A stretch of DNA of 64,000 nt from Promethearchaeota archaeon (GCA_030603385.1 JAUVXW010000017.1:1-64000); one strand, 5' to 3'. Counted from the first letter of the stretch, positions 10,254-21,523 are shown. Program-made: numbers and translations. The notes: generated by a model not told the origin, from the letters alone.

Positions 10254-12072
10254 CAACAATTCTCAGAAGGGGCATATTTCTGCAATAGTTGGTTCTTTAA
10301 TTAGAGTAAAAGGATTAGAGAATCAAATACGATTGCATGATTTGATTAAAGTTAGAAATATGTTGGGAGAAGTTATACAAATTTATTCAGATTATATTGT
10401 GGTACAATGCTTTGAAAATACTACTAATTTACGAATTAATGAAAAAGTTATAAATTTAAATGAACCCTTATCAATGGAGTTAGCACCAGGATTATTAGGA
10501 ACTATTTTTGATGGAATACAAAGACCGCTTCAAAAAGCTTTCGAAAAACATAAAAGTGGGCAATTAACAAGAGGATTAGAAATACCATCGCTGTCAAGAA
10601 CAAAAAAATGGCATTTTATTCCATTAGAAAGAACTAAAGGTAATGTAACAGGAGGAGATGTAATTGGGACTGTCCAAGAAACACAGGCTATACAACATAA
10701 AATAATGATTCCACCAAATATTAGTGGTAGGTTAACCTATCTTGCAAATGAAGGAGATTATACGATAGAACAAGAATTATACAGATTAGAGATAGGACAG
10801 GAAGTAAAATCTTTTTCAATGATGCAAAAATGGCCTATAACAACATCTAGACCATTTAAAGAAAGAATGCTACCTGGTGAACCGTTAATTACAGGGATAC
10901 GCGTTATAGATTTATTGTTTCCAATCACTAAAGGGGGCACTATTGGTGTTCCAGGAGGATTTGGAACTGGTAAGACAGTTATTCAACAGTCATTAGCTAA
11001 ATGGTGTGATGCAGATGTCTGCATTTTTGTGGCATGTGGTGAAAGAGGAAATGAGGTTGCTGATGTTTTAAAACAGTTTTCTGAAATTATTGATCCTAAA
11101 AGTGGTCAACCCTTATTAAATAGAATCGTTCTTATTGCTAATACTTCAAATATGCCCGTATCAGCACGAGAGGCAAGTATCTTTTCTGGAGTCACTATTG
11201 CTGAATATTATAGAGATATGGGGTATGATGTTGCTGTTCTCGCTGATAGTACTTCAAGATGGGCGGAATCTTTAAGAGAAATATCCGGACTATTGGAGGA
11301 AATGCCTGCTGAAGAAGGATACCCTGCGTATTTGCCTTCAAAACTTTCTGGTTTTTATGAACGAGCTGGTATTGTTAAACTTCTTGGGAATGAAGAGATA
11401 GGAAAAGAAAGAGTAGGATCTATAGCTATTATTGGTTCAATTAGTCCACCTGCTGGTGATTTTAGTGAACCTGTAACAGCAACCACCAAAAATTTTGTAC
11501 AAGGGATATGGGCTTTGGATGCGGGATTAGCATATTCAAAACATTATCCCGCTATAAACTGGTTAGATTCATATTCAAACTACCCTGATTATATCTCTGA
11601 ATGGTGGTACGAGAGAGATATAAACTGGTCAGAAATTGATGTTGACTGGTTTGATTGTCGTAATCAAGTCAATGAAATTTTATCTCAAGACAATGAATTA
11701 AAATATATTACCCAACTAATTGGTGAAGAAAATTTACCAGATGACCAACAATTAACTTTATTTATTGCCAAACTAATTAAAAATGGATTTTTAATTCAAA
11801 ATGCCTATGATGATATTGATAATTTTACAGATGTCCGAAAACTCTTAGGTATGATTAAAGTTATTCTTTTATTGTTTAAAGAAAGTAAAGAATTATTAAA
11901 ACAAGGATTTCTAATCGAAGATATAAAATCACTCTTAGTTATTAATGATATTTTAAGAATAAATAGAACAATTTCTAATGATGATTTTGATAAAATTGAG
12001 GGTATTAAAAGAAAATTACTCAGTGATATAGAGTCTTTAAAACTAACCCAAGGAGTATTAAAAAAAAGATGA
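10234..12072 (+). CDS. atpA: A/V-type ATPase catalytic subunit A (copy 1)
   Basis: P-loop [49 protein letters not shown]. Confidence 0.97.
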   Translation: MIKSKTNNNSQKGHISAIVGSLIRVKGLENQIRLHDLIKVRNMLGEVIQIYSDYIVVQCFENTTNLRINEKVINLNEPLSMELAPGLLGTIFDGIQRPLQKAFEKHKSGQLTRGLEIPSLSRTKKWHFIPLERTKGNVTGGDVIGTVQETQAIQHKIMIPPNISGRLTYLANEGDYTIEQELYRLEIGQEVKSFSMMQKWPITTSRPFKERMLPGEPLITGIRVIDLLFPITKGGTIGVPGGFGTGKTVIQQSLAKWCDADVCIFVACGERGNEVADVLKQFSEIIDPKSGQPLLNRIVLIANTSNMPVSAREASIFSGVTIAEYYRDMGYDVAVLADSTSRWAESLREISGLLEEMPAEEGYPAYLPSKLSGFYERAGIVKLLGNEEIGKERVGSIAIIGSISPPAGDFSEPVTATTKNFVQGIWALDAGLAYSKHYPAINWLDSYSNYPDYISEWWYERDINWSEIDVDWFDCRNQVNEILSQDNELKYITQLIGEENLPDDQQLTLFIAKLIKNGFLIQNAYDDIDNFTDVRKLLGMIKVILLLFKESKELLKQGFLIEDIKSLLVINDILRINRTISNDDFDKIEGIKRKLLSDIESLKLTQGVLKKR

Positions 12073-13460
12073 GCGTTATTTACAGAAAAATTCAACAAAT
12101 AATTGGACCACTTATATTTCTTAAAAACGAGCATAATGCCCAATTTGGCGAGATAGTTATAATTAGAACAGATGATGAAAAAATTCGCATGGGGCAAATT
12201 ATAAAAATGAGTGAAGAAATTATAGTGGTAGAAGTATTTGAAGATACTGCTGGATTATCTACCGAGAATGCTGAAATTATTTTCACAGAAGATACATTCA
12301 AAGTAAAAATATCAAAAGATATGTTCGGTCAAACATTTAATTCTTTAGGAAAACCAATTGATATTAAAACAAAAGCAGTATTAGATTCAGATCTTTTATC
12401 AGATGTTCAAAGAGATATAAGTGGAGTTCCTATTAATCCATTTGCAAGAGAATATCCTGTAGACATAATTCAAACTGGAATATCAGTAATTGATGGATTA
12501 TTTACATTAATTAGGGGTCAAAAACTCCCGATATTTAGTGGACAAGGATTACCTCACAATAAATTAGCTGCCCAAATTGCTACACAAGCAAAAGTATTAG
12601 GAGAGGAACCATTCGTAATAATCTTTTGTGGTATAGGCATCATTCATGACGAGGCAATTTATTTTTTAAATCGTTTTCAAGAAAGTGGATCTATTCAAAA
12701 TATAATTTCTTTTATAAATTTTGCAGATGACCCGATAATCGAAAGGTTAATTATCCCAAGAGTTGCTTTAACAACAGCAGAATATTTTGCGTTTGAAAAA
12801 GATATGCACGTTCTTGTCATATTGATAGACATGACTAACTATGCTGAAGCTTTAAGAGAACTCAGTTCAGCAAAAGAAGAAATCCCTAGTAGAAAAGGAT
12901 ATCCGGGATATATTTATTCCGATTTTGCTTCAATTTATGAGAGGACAGGAAAAATTAAAGGAAAAAAGGGCACAATAACTCAAATCCCGATTCTTACTAT
13001 GCCATCAGATGATATATCACACCCAATTAGCGACACTACCGGTTATATAACTGAGGGGCAATTAGTACTTAGCCGTGGTCTACATAAAAAAGGCATTTAT
13101 CCTCCATTTGAAGTATTAGCCTCCATTTCACGATTAATGAAAGATGCTATAGGTAAAGAAAAAACAAGAGAAGATCATGCTGATGTTAGCTCACAATTAT
13201 TATCAGCATATTCAAATTATCTCGAAGTTAAAGATCTTATTTCAATCGTTGGAGAAGATGGCTTAAGTTATGAACAGAAGAATTTTTTAAAATTTGGAGT
13301 AGACTTTGAACAAAAATTTTTAAATCAAAAAGTAAATGAAAATCGTGATTTTGAAACTACACTTAATTTAGCTTGGGAAGTGCTTTCAAATTTAAATACA
13401 GATCAATTATTTAGAATTCATCAAAGATTTTTAGATAAATATTATAAAACCAAGGTGTAA
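12069..13460 (+). CDS. atpB: A/V-type ATPase subunit B
   Basis: [34 protein letters not shown] and the Arg finger SISRLM. Confidence 0.96.
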   Translation: MSVIYRKIQQIIGPLIFLKNEHNAQFGEIVIIRTDDEKIRMGQIIKMSEEIIVVEVFEDTAGLSTENAEIIFTEDTFKVKISKDMFGQTFNSLGKPIDIKTKAVLDSDLLSDVQRDISGVPINPFAREYPVDIIQTGISVIDGLFTLIRGQKLPIFSGQGLPHNKLAAQIATQAKVLGEEPFVIIFCGIGIIHDEAIYFLNRFQESGSIQNIISFINFADDPIIERLIIPRVALTTAEYFAFEKDMHVLVILIDMTNYAEALRELSSAKEEIPSRKGYPGYIYSDFASIYERTGKIKGKKGTITQIPILTMPSDDISHPISDTTGYITEGQLVLSRGLHKKGIYPPFEVLASISRLMKDAIGKEKTREDHADVSSQLLSAYSNYLEVKDLISIVGEDGLSYEQKNFLKFGVDFEQKFLNQKVNENRDFETTLNLAWEVLSNLNTDQLFRIHQRFLDKYYKTKV

Positions 13461-13463
13461 GTT

Positions 13464-14111
13464 ATCAGTTTTCGTGCTATAAAACCCACAAAATCAAATT
13501 TGATAGGATTACAAAAGAGATTAGTTTTTGCTGTTAGAGGAGAAACTTTTTTAGAATATAGACGAGAACAATTAGTCTTTCAAATTAAACGATTATGGAA
13601 AGAATATTTAGAAATAAGAAGCAATTTTATTGCTTTATTTAAACAATCACTTATAAAATTAAATCAAACTTATGAAGAAATGGGTAAAAACGGGGTTATT
13701 TTAATTAGTAAATTAAGCAGAATTCAATATAGACCTATGGTAGACATACAATATCAAAAGAAAGCAGGAATTGTTGTTCCCCGCATTAATTTTGAATTAT
13801 TTCAAGAGGAAAAACTGCCTGCTTATACATTTGAGGGTACAAGTCATTTTCTTGATGATTTAATTATCTTATTGAAAGGATTTTTTAAAGCAACGATTGA
13901 ATTTTCTGAAATTGAAGATTTAATATTGAAACATGCTATTAGCTTTAAAAAGGTAAATCGTAGGATAAATGGACTAAAAAATATGATTATTCCAAAATTA
14001 AGGATGAATATAAAACAAATTAGAGAAATTTTGGAAGAAATTGAGAGAGAAAACTATGTAAGACTGAAAAAAACTAAAGATTTAATTTTAAGTAAAGAAA
14101 AAACCATATGA
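13464..14111 (+). CDS. atpD: A/V-type ATPase subunit D; proposed ATC start at 13464 (ORF track TTG 13500)
   Basis: RRINGLKNMIIP and LEEIERENYVRLK. The conserved N-terminal KPTK..L lies upstream of the TTG. Confidence 0.9.
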   Translation: MSFRAIKPTKSNLIGLQKRLVFAVRGETFLEYRREQLVFQIKRLWKEYLEIRSNFIALFKQSLIKLNQTYEEMGKNGVILISKLSRIQYRPMVDIQYQKKAGIVVPRINFELFQEEKLPAYTFEGTSHFLDDLIILLKGFFKATIEFSEIEDLILKHAISFKKVNRRINGLKNMIIPKLRMNIKQIREILEEIERENYVRLKKTKDLILSKEKTI

Positions 14112-14123
14112 GCATGATAAAAA

Positions 14124-16418
14124 ATGGTCAAAAGAAATGAATTTAGTTTAATAAAAGCAGAAATAAACCACAATTATAAAGATCAATTCCTAATTGAACT
14201 CTCAAATCTAAATGTAGTCCATATAAAACCAAGAGAAGAAAGCAAAATTAAGGAAGAATTAGAAGAGAAACATCCTCTAAAGGAAAAAATTAAAGATTTA
14301 AGGAAAAATTTAAACAATTTATATAGAAAGCTCGAAATAAGTGAGCTTGATGTTTTAGAGTTAAAAATTGCTAAGGATGATAGAATAGAGTTTACTGCTA
14401 GAGATTTACCAGAATTAATTACCCATATTGTAGAAGAAATCGATTTTTATACAAATCGAGTAGCTGAGTTAAATAGTTATATTGCTAAAGGTATAATAGA
14501 ATTAGAAAATCTAAAGTTAATCAAAATTTGCTATAGGCGTATAGAAAAATTAAATCTGAATGCAGAAAAAATAGATAATTTGAAGCAATTTAAATTTCGA
14601 ATCTTAACAACTTTTAGTAAAAACTTAACTAATTTAAAAAATCTATTTGAACCCTCAGAATTTCCTAGTTTTTATGAAACCTTTGAGATTTCTGATGATC
14701 GAATTGGCTTCTATATTATTTATCCAAAAGATAAGGAGAATGAGTTTAATGCGAGGATTCGATTAATACATTCTGAGGAAGTTCTAGTACTTAAAAGATA
14801 TTTGACAAAAGAAGGAATAAATTTTCTAAGAATAATTAAAGAAATAAATTTTATTGAAAATCTGGTTTCACGATATAAAAAAGAACAAACTCGAATAGCA
14901 AAAGATAATATGGGAAGGTTCGCAGGGATTAATGAGGTTGTGCAAAATATTGAGGAATATAATTGGGCGGAGCATCAATTTGAAAGCACAGTATCTAATC
15001 GTTTAAGTTTTAAGTTCTTTCTTCCCTCACGGAAAAAAGAGGAGGTTGTTCAAAGTTTATTTACAATTTTTAAAGACAATATTACAATTCAATCAATCGA
15101 TATCTCAAAAAAACACACCATTAAAGAGTCTTTTACCTCAAAAAAAGGAAAAATAAAAAAATACAAACAAGAACCAACACTAAAAGAAGATTATCTCAAA
15201 CAAAATGAAACTAGTGAAATGCATAAAGAAGAAGATTTAAGAGAATCTTCTCCAACAATAATGAAAAACTTCTTTTTGATACGTCCATTCGAAGCAATCA
15301 CCAGATTATATGGCACACCAACTTATTCTGAAATTGATCCTACTCCGGTTATTGCTTTTACTTTTCCAATATTATTTGGTTTAATGTTTGGTGATATAGG
15401 TCATGGGATAATTTTAATAATCGCGGGATTAATAGGAGGATTAGTGTTTAGGAAACGGGGAGGAGACACTGCCAATTTTTCATGGATTATCTTTTTCTGT
15501 GGATGGGCTGCATTTTTTACCGGATTTTTATACGGAGAATTTTTGGGACATCATGAGATAGAAATATTTGGAAATGTATTATGGGATTTTGAAGAAAATC
15601 CAATCATAATTCCGATTATAGGATCTTTAAATAATCCATTGGAAAATATAATGAGTGTATTTACTTTTGCGATATATATTGGTGTGTTTCATATTAATTT
15701 GGGATGGTTTATTCAATTTCTGAATTATTGGAAACAAAAAAGAAAATATTTGGGATTTAGTGATTCTTTGATGAAAATTCTATTGTTGATTGGAGGAACT
15801 ATTTTAATTTTTGGATTTGGATTCGATATTTATGGATGGTTATCCCCCCCTTATCCAATTTTGTTAACTTTAATTCCAGGTGTTTTATTATTACTACTTA
15901 AACCTCTCGGAAAAATCTTTAAAATTTCATATCTACAAGAAGAATCTTTTGGAGGTTTATTGGGTGAAGGTTCAATTGAAGCCTTTGATACTGTTTTATC
16001 AGTTGTGACTAATGTAGCCTCATATACTAGGTTATTAGCTTTAGCACTCGCTCATATCGCACTTCTCACATCTATCAATGCAATGACAGGATTAATTGAA
16101 GGGGAAGGTATAGGAGTAGATATTATAAATTTAATTGGTGTGATTTTCGGTAATATGATTGTTATTTTACTCGAAGGCTTATTAGTGTTCATTAACACTA
16201 TCAGATTACATTTTTATGAGTTTTTCTTTAAATTCTACCAGGGTTCAGGAATTGATTATTTTCCATTTTATTTAGACAATGATTACTCTATACTAAAATT
16301 TAGGGCTGAAGCTGAGAAAGACATCATTTCAGAGGAAATTGAGAAAGAGATTGATACACAATTAGTAAAAGAAGAAATAGATAAAGCTATAAGTTATATC
16401 TCAAAGAAATTTGCATAA
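14124..16418 (+). CDS. atpI: A/V-type ATPase subunit I (a)
   Basis: YGTPTYSEIDPT, FGLMFGDIGHG, essential Arg in SYTRLLAL, RLHFYEFF. Confidence 0.95.
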   Translation: MVKRNEFSLIKAEINHNYKDQFLIELSNLNVVHIKPREESKIKEELEEKHPLKEKIKDLRKNLNNLYRKLEISELDVLELKIAKDDRIEFTARDLPELITHIVEEIDFYTNRVAELNSYIAKGIIELENLKLIKICYRRIEKLNLNAEKIDNLKQFKFRILTTFSKNLTNLKNLFEPSEFPSFYETFEISDDRIGFYIIYPKDKENEFNARIRLIHSEEVLVLKRYLTKEGINFLRIIKEINFIENLVSRYKKEQTRIAKDNMGRFAGINEVVQNIEEYNWAEHQFESTVSNRLSFKFFLPSRKKEEVVQSLFTIFKDNITIQSIDISKKHTIKESFTSKKGKIKKYKQEPTLKEDYLKQNETSEMHKEEDLRESSPTIMKNFFLIRPFEAITRLYGTPTYSEIDPTPVIAFTFPILFGLMFGDIGHGIILIIAGLIGGLVFRKRGGDTANFSWIIFFCGWAAFFTGFLYGEFLGHHEIEIFGNVLWDFEENPIIIPIIGSLNNPLENIMSVFTFAIYIGVFHINLGWFIQFLNYWKQKRKYLGFSDSLMKILLLIGGTILIFGFGFDIYGWLSPPYPILLTLIPGVLLLLLKPLGKIFKISYLQEESFGGLLGEGSIEAFDTVLSVVTNVASYTRLLALALAHIALLTSINAMTGLIEGEGIGVDIINLIGVIFGNMIVILLEGLLVFINTIRLHFYEFFFKFYQGSGIDYFPFYLDNDYSILKFRAEAEKDIISEEIEKEIDTQLVKEEIDKAISYISKKFA

Positions 16419-16455
16419 ATTAATGATTAATTAATTAACCGAATTATGATAAATT

Positions 16456-16893
16456 GTGCCGGAAACTAAAGAAAAAGTATTAAATCGCAAGGTAATTATT
16501 GTTCGGTTTCTATTATTAGTCGGTTATTTACTTATTTTACTATATTTTTTTTATCTTTTAACTAAATTTGGTGCTAATCCTTTTATAACTTTCATTTTAC
16601 TTCTATTCACATTTTTAATAACTATAGGTCCATTTTTTAGTCGAAGTAAGAGATCTCTTTATTCTAGAATGTTTCCTGATAGAAAAAGAAGATCGTCGTT
16701 TGAAAATGAACAAAAAGAAAAGGTTTTTAAAAATAAGAGAAAATTTGAGCAAGCTGAACCAAAAATCTTTAAAAAAATTAATCTTGAATTTAATTATCGT
16801 AAGCCAATTATATTTAAATGTGAAAATTGTGGTAATACTATACCCAATTTTGTGAAAAAATGTCCATTTTGTAATAAACATATAGCTTATTAA
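16456..16893 (+). CDS. Two-TM membrane protein with a C-terminal zinc ribbon
   Basis: Two hydrophobic segments, a basic linker and CENC...CPFC. Confidence 0.7.
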   Translation: MPETKEKVLNRKVIIVRFLLLVGYLLILLYFFYLLTKFGANPFITFILLLFTFLITIGPFFSRSKRSLYSRMFPDRKRRSSFENEQKEKVFKNKRKFEQAEPKIFKKINLEFNYRKPIIFKCENCGNTIPNFVKKCPFCNKHIAY

Positions 16894-16917
16894 TATCAAT
16901 TGAGGATTTTATAAAAC

Positions 16918-18720
16918 ATGAAAGAATTGAGCCAAGGATATATTTCAGCCATTATAGGTTCTTTAATAAAAGTAAAGGGATTAGAAAATAATGTACGACT
17001 TAATGATATGATTAAAATCTCTAAATATAATATTCTAGCAGAAGTTATTCAAATTTATGCAGATTACGTCGTCGCTCAGTGTTTCGAAAATACTATGAAG
17101 GTAAAATTATATGAAAAAGTTGAAAATCTAAATGAACCGCTTTCGATGGAATTGGCCCCTGGTCTAATTGCTAGTGTTTTTGATGGAATTCAAAGGCCTC
17201 TGGAAAGAATTTTTGAAAATTTAGATTCCGGAGAATTAGAAAGAGGCATAAAATATCCTGCTATATCAAGAAAAAAAAAATGGCATTTTATACCTTTGAG
17301 GAAATTAGGTGATGAAGTTAAAGGAGGAGATGTAATAGGATCGGTTAAAGAAACAGAATACATTGATCATAAAATAATGGTTCCTCCTAATTCTACTGGA
17401 ATAATTTCGTTCATGGCTAATGAAGGCGATTATACCATAACAGAAGAAATTTATAAAATAAAAGATAATAATAATGAAATTTCTTTCCCAATGTTACAAA
17501 AATGGCCAATCACTAAAAATAGACCTTACACAAAGAAAGAAAATCCGAATGAACCGTTAATAACAGGAATACGTGTTATAGATTTATTATTTCCAATCGT
17601 GAAAGGTGGTACAACAGCTATTCCTGGAGGATTTGGAACTGGTAAGACAGTTATTCAACAATCATTAGCTAAATGGTGTAATGCTGATGTGATAGTATTT
17701 ATTGCATGCGGTGAACCCGGGAATGAGGTTGCAAATGTCTTAAAGCAATTCTCAGAAATTAAAGACCCTGAAAGAGGTACTCCTTTATTAGATCATATAA
17801 TAGTTATTGCTAATACCTCCAATATGCCTGTATCAGCACGAGAAGCCAGCTTATTTTCTGGAGTGACTATAGCTGAATATTATCGAGATATGGGATATGA
17901 TGTTGTTGTGTTAGCAGATAGTATATCAAGATGGGCAGAGTCTCTGAGAGAAATCTCTGGATTATTGGAAGAAATGCCCGCTGAGGAAGGCTATCCGGCA
18001 TATTTACCCTCTAAACTTTCGAGTTTTTATGAGAGAGCTGGATCGGTTAAAACATTAGGTGTGGATCATTTAGGTGCGGAGAATAAAGGTTCTTTAACTA
18101 TTATTGGAACTGTTTCACCACCAGCAGGTGATTTCAGTGAACCAGTTACCTCAACAACTAAAAGATTAGTACAAGTTTTTTGGGCTTTGGATCCAAAATT
18201 AGCTTATTTAAAACACTTTCCTGCTATAGATTGGCTTAATTCGTATTCAAACTATCCTGCATATATCGCTGATTGGTGGTACGAAAGAGACATTGATTGG
18301 CCTGAAATTAACATTGATTGGGTCCAATGTCGAAAACAAGTGAATGATATCTTATCGAAAGAACGGGACTTGAAATATTTAATTCAATTAATAGGGGAAA
18401 AGAACTTACCAGAAGATCAACAGTTAATAATCTTTATTACAAAATTAATTAAAAACGGGTTTTTAATCCAAAGTGCTTTTGATGAAATTGATAGTTTTAC
18501 CGATGTTGAAAAACTATTAGGTTTAATTAAATTGATCTTATTAATCTACAATAATGGGAAAGATCTTGTTAATCAAGGAATATTACTTGAAGATTTTTTA
18601 GATTCTGAGCTTATCAACAAAATCCTGCGAATTAGCCAAACAGTTCCTAATAATAAATTCAAACAAATTGAAAGAATAAAGAATGAATTGATAAAGAAAT
18701 TTAGATTGTTGAGTGTGTAG
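16918..18720 (+). CDS. atpA: A/V-type ATPase subunit A, second copy with an altered catalytic motif (GEPGNE)
   Basis: Colinear with 10234..12072; GGFGTGKT is intact but CGEPGNE replaces CGERGNE. Confidence 0.93.
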   Translation: MKELSQGYISAIIGSLIKVKGLENNVRLNDMIKISKYNILAEVIQIYADYVVAQCFENTMKVKLYEKVENLNEPLSMELAPGLIASVFDGIQRPLERIFENLDSGELERGIKYPAISRKKKWHFIPLRKLGDEVKGGDVIGSVKETEYIDHKIMVPPNSTGIISFMANEGDYTITEEIYKIKDNNNEISFPMLQKWPITKNRPYTKKENPNEPLITGIRVIDLLFPIVKGGTTAIPGGFGTGKTVIQQSLAKWCNADVIVFIACGEPGNEVANVLKQFSEIKDPERGTPLLDHIIVIANTSNMPVSAREASLFSGVTIAEYYRDMGYDVVVLADSISRWAESLREISGLLEEMPAEEGYPAYLPSKLSSFYERAGSVKTLGVDHLGAENKGSLTIIGTVSPPAGDFSEPVTSTTKRLVQVFWALDPKLAYLKHFPAIDWLNSYSNYPAYIADWWYERDIDWPEINIDWVQCRKQVNDILSKERDLKYLIQLIGEKNLPEDQQLIIFITKLIKNGFLIQSAFDEIDSFTDVEKLLGLIKLILLIYNNGKDLVNQGILLEDFLDSELINKILRISQTVPNNKFKQIERIKNELIKKFRLLSV

Positions 18721-18746
18721 AATACTTTATATATTTTTCAATAAAT

Positions 18747-19343
18747 TTATGGCTTAAACCACTCAAAGAAATAATATGATTTGGTTAATGGGTTTGCAAT
18801 AACAAATTTTTTCCTTACAGATGTTGCCAATCTCCCGGCACGAACCATATCTACTGCTGTAATCTCAGCATCATGAGGTAAAACATGCACCATGAAAAGT
18901 GAATGTTCCAGACCGGGTCCAAGGCGGTAAGTTACAAAGTCCGCCCCGAATTTTAATCCAGGTCTCGGAATGTATCCTTTTTCCCTTAAATCTTTATAAA
19001 TTATGTACTTTTCCTCAAATTTATGATGTATATTCTTCGCTAGCTTATAAAATTCCTTTGGGCTTAAATCTTTGTTCTCTTTTACATCAAAAATTATAAT
19101 TTCATCTTTTTCTAAAAGGTAATATGCCTCTATTAACGATAATTCGCTTGGCTTAGAAAAATATTCTAATCGTGGTTTATTAATTCCAAGTGGGGAACCA
19201 AAAAAACCTTTCTTTACATATAAATAAGAAGCGTATAAAGGATTAAATACAATAACTCTGTTATTAATGAACTTGGTTGGAATTCTTTCTGGTACTTCAA
19301 TGTCATCAAGATTTATTTGATTATCCTTTGCTTGATTCATCAT
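18747..19343 (-). CDS. endA: tRNA-intron endonuclease, catalytic subunit
   Basis: ELSLIEAYYL, YKDLREKGY, PGLKFGADFVTY, GPGLEHS, RLATSVRK (Tyr/His/Lys triad). Confidence 0.93.
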   Translation of the reverse strand: MMNQAKDNQINLDDIEVPERIPTKFINNRVIVFNPLYASYLYVKKGFFGSPLGINKPRLEYFSKPSELSLIEAYYLLEKDEIIIFDVKENKDLSPKEFYKLAKNIHHKFEEKYIIYKDLREKGYIPRPGLKFGADFVTYRLGPGLEHSLFMVHVLPHDAEITAVDMVRAGRLATSVRKKFVIANPLTKSYYFFEWFKP

Positions 19344-19462
19344 AAAAGATTATTAAAGATAACTTAATAATTCTTACAATTTCTTATCGATTGGATTAAA
19401 TTAATTAAGCTTTAAAAATAATAATTTTAATATTGAAACATTAATGATTGGTGATTGGTAAA

Positions 19463-20347
19463 ATGGTCCTTAGAAGAGCAACTCATGCCGGCAGTTGGTA
19501 TCCTGGATCCAAGAAAGCCTTACAAGAAGCGATACGGGGGTATTTTACAGATGAAAAATTTGGTCCCGGTGAAGAACCTTTAACATTGAACAAAGATGAG
19601 AGAACTATTATAGGGGGGGTTTCTCCACATGCAGGTATGACATATTCAGGGCCTTGTGCCGCTTTCACATACTTAAATTTATTTAAGGAGAGAATTCCTG
19701 ATACCGTTGTAGTTTTAGGTACAGATCATATTGGGTATCATAAAATAGCATTAATGAGGGAAGGAGAATGGGAAACTCCATTAGGAAATTTGGAGATAGA
19801 TGAAGAAGTATCGAAAAAGATATTAGATAATAGCAAAATAATTGAAGCAGATAATTCTCTTTTTACGGGTCGTGCTGAACAAGAACATAATATAGAAATT
19901 CAATTACCGTTTATAAAATATTGTTCTCATGATAAAGAAGTGAAAATTGTACCAATTAAAATAGCTGGTACTAGAGAATTTAAAACTATGAATGTAATCG
20001 CCATTGATATAGCCAAAGCAATAAAGTCAATTAAGAAAGATATTGTTATTGTAGCGTCTTCAGATATGTCCCATAAGCAAGTAATGGATTCAAACCAATT
20101 AAAAATATTTAAAGAGATTGATTTTGTTGCGATTGAAGAATTCAAAAAATTAAATCCTGAAAAAACTCTTGAAGCTGCTTTAAAAACCTCCATATGTGGT
20201 CCACAAACGATTACTACTATGATGTTAATTTGTCAAAATCTAAGTGCAACGAAAGGTGAAATGATGCAATATTATACAAGTTCTGAAAGAACTGGAAGCA
20301 TTGGGGGCTATTGTGTAGGATATTTTTCGGGAATTATATTGAAATAG
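19463..20347 (+). CDS. amrB: MEMO1 family / AmmeMemoRadiSam system protein B
   Basis: HAGSWYP, SPHAGMTYSG, EHNIEIQLPF, ASSDMSH, SICG, VGY. ATG 19463 follows the SD GGTGAT; the track GTG at 19448-19451 is SD sequence. Confidence 0.92.
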   Translation: MVLRRATHAGSWYPGSKKALQEAIRGYFTDEKFGPGEEPLTLNKDERTIIGGVSPHAGMTYSGPCAAFTYLNLFKERIPDTVVVLGTDHIGYHKIALMREGEWETPLGNLEIDEEVSKKILDNSKIIEADNSLFTGRAEQEHNIEIQLPFIKYCSHDKEVKIVPIKIAGTREFKTMNVIAIDIAKAIKSIKKDIVIVASSDMSHKQVMDSNQLKIFKEIDFVAIEEFKKLNPEKTLEAALKTSICGPQTITTMMLICQNLSATKGEMMQYYTSSERTGSIGGYCVGYFSGIILK

Positions 20348-20395
20348 TAATAATTTGTAGATTAAAAATAAAAATGATAAAAAAACCAAAAAAAA

Positions 20396-21523
20396 ATGCC
20401 AGAAGATAAGGAAAAAGTTGAAGATTTTATTAGTTTATGGAAGAAGAAGATGATAAACGAACCTGACAACCCAAGTGCAATTGGGGAAACCTTAAAACGA
20501 ATTCAAGAAGTTGAACAAGAAAATGAACAACTAAGAAACAAAATTCAGGCAAATATAGATTTAATTACTAGAACGGAAGAAGTTGTAAGTAATACCATTG
20601 CTGAAAATGAGAGATTAAAAGAAGAGGTAAGGAAATCAGGATCAATTGGGGGAAGAGATGTTAGTGTTATCCAGCAGGAAAATCTCGATCTGACTAATAA
20701 AGTTAAAAATTTAACCATGAGTTTAACAGAAAGAGATAATGTATTAAGTTTAAAAGACAATGAAATAGCTGAATTAAAAGTTGAATTAAATGAAGCAACA
20801 ACAGCTGTACAATTTATGGCAGATACTGCTTCTGAAGACACTCCTGAAGTATCTAAAGCTTTAATTGAAGATTTACAATCAGAATTATCAAAGAAGAAAA
20901 CTCAAGTTTCTGTATTGGAACAAAAGATTGCAGAACTAAATAAAGAAATATTAACTCTAAATGAACAGTTAATTGAAAAGGAGAAAAAATCACCAGTTGA
21001 TTACGTTATACCCGTTGATACATCCAAATCAACTATTATAAAGCCACAACCCTCTCAAACTTCTTCAGCCACATTAGAAATTCTATGTCAAGACCTTCAA
21101 GCAGATTTAAATAAGTATAAAAAAATTGTTGAGAAATTAAATCAAGATAAATCTGAACTCCAACAAAATATTGAAAAAGGAGGCTTCAAACTTGAACCGG
21201 GAGAGATAAAGGAGTTAAAAAAAGAAAATGAAGATTTAAAAACTGAGCTTTCTCAAGTACAAGAAATTCTTAAAGAGAAATCAAAAGCAACTGCTGAAAC
21301 TCTATCTCTTGTAGAATCTAAGAGATTAATTGAAGATCTCCAAACACAGTTAAAACTAAAAGATCAGACAATAACAGAATTAAAATCATCAAGCCAACCT
21401 CAAATTATTACACCACAAGGCCCAATGTCTAGTTTAGTAAAAGATTTGCAGAAAACAATAAATAAATTAAAAATAACGGTAGAAGAAAAGAATAAAATTA
21501 TTGAAGAATTAAAATCATCATAG
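20396..21523 (+). CDS. Long coiled-coil protein with four internal DLQ repeats
   Basis: E/K/L/Q heptads; LIEDLQSEL, LCQDLQADL, LIEDLQTQL and LVKDLQKTI. Confidence 0.8.
   Translation: MPEDKEKVEDFISLWKKKMINEPDNPSAIGETLKRIQEVEQENEQLRNKIQANIDLITRTEEVVSNTIAENERLKEEVRKSGSIGGRDVSVIQQENLDLTNKVKNLTMSLTERDNVLSLKDNEIAELKVELNEATTAVQFMADTASEDTPEVSKALIEDLQSELSKKKTQVSVLEQKIAELNKEILTLNEQLIEKEKKSPVDYVIPVDTSKSTIIKPQPSQTSSATLEILCQDLQADLNKYKKIVEKLNQDKSELQQNIEKGGFKLEPGEIKELKKENEDLKTELSQVQEILKEKSKATAETLSLVESKRLIEDLQTQLKLKDQTITELKSSSQPQIITPQGPMSSLVKDLQKTINKLKITVEEKNKIIEELKSS

Noticed and set aside
11805-12301. Antisense ORFs here and the other 60-130 aa overlapping ORFs in the track (e.g. 1367, 4352, 5012, 20545, 32444, 45417, 48538)
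   Set aside because: They are shadows of well-supported genes on the opposite strand or in another frame, with no motifs of their own.
13458-13463. atpB and atpD are in the same frame, separated only by TAA-GTT (possible B-D readthrough fusion)
   Set aside because: Fusing stator B to rotor D would block rotation, and an SD with ATC start is present.
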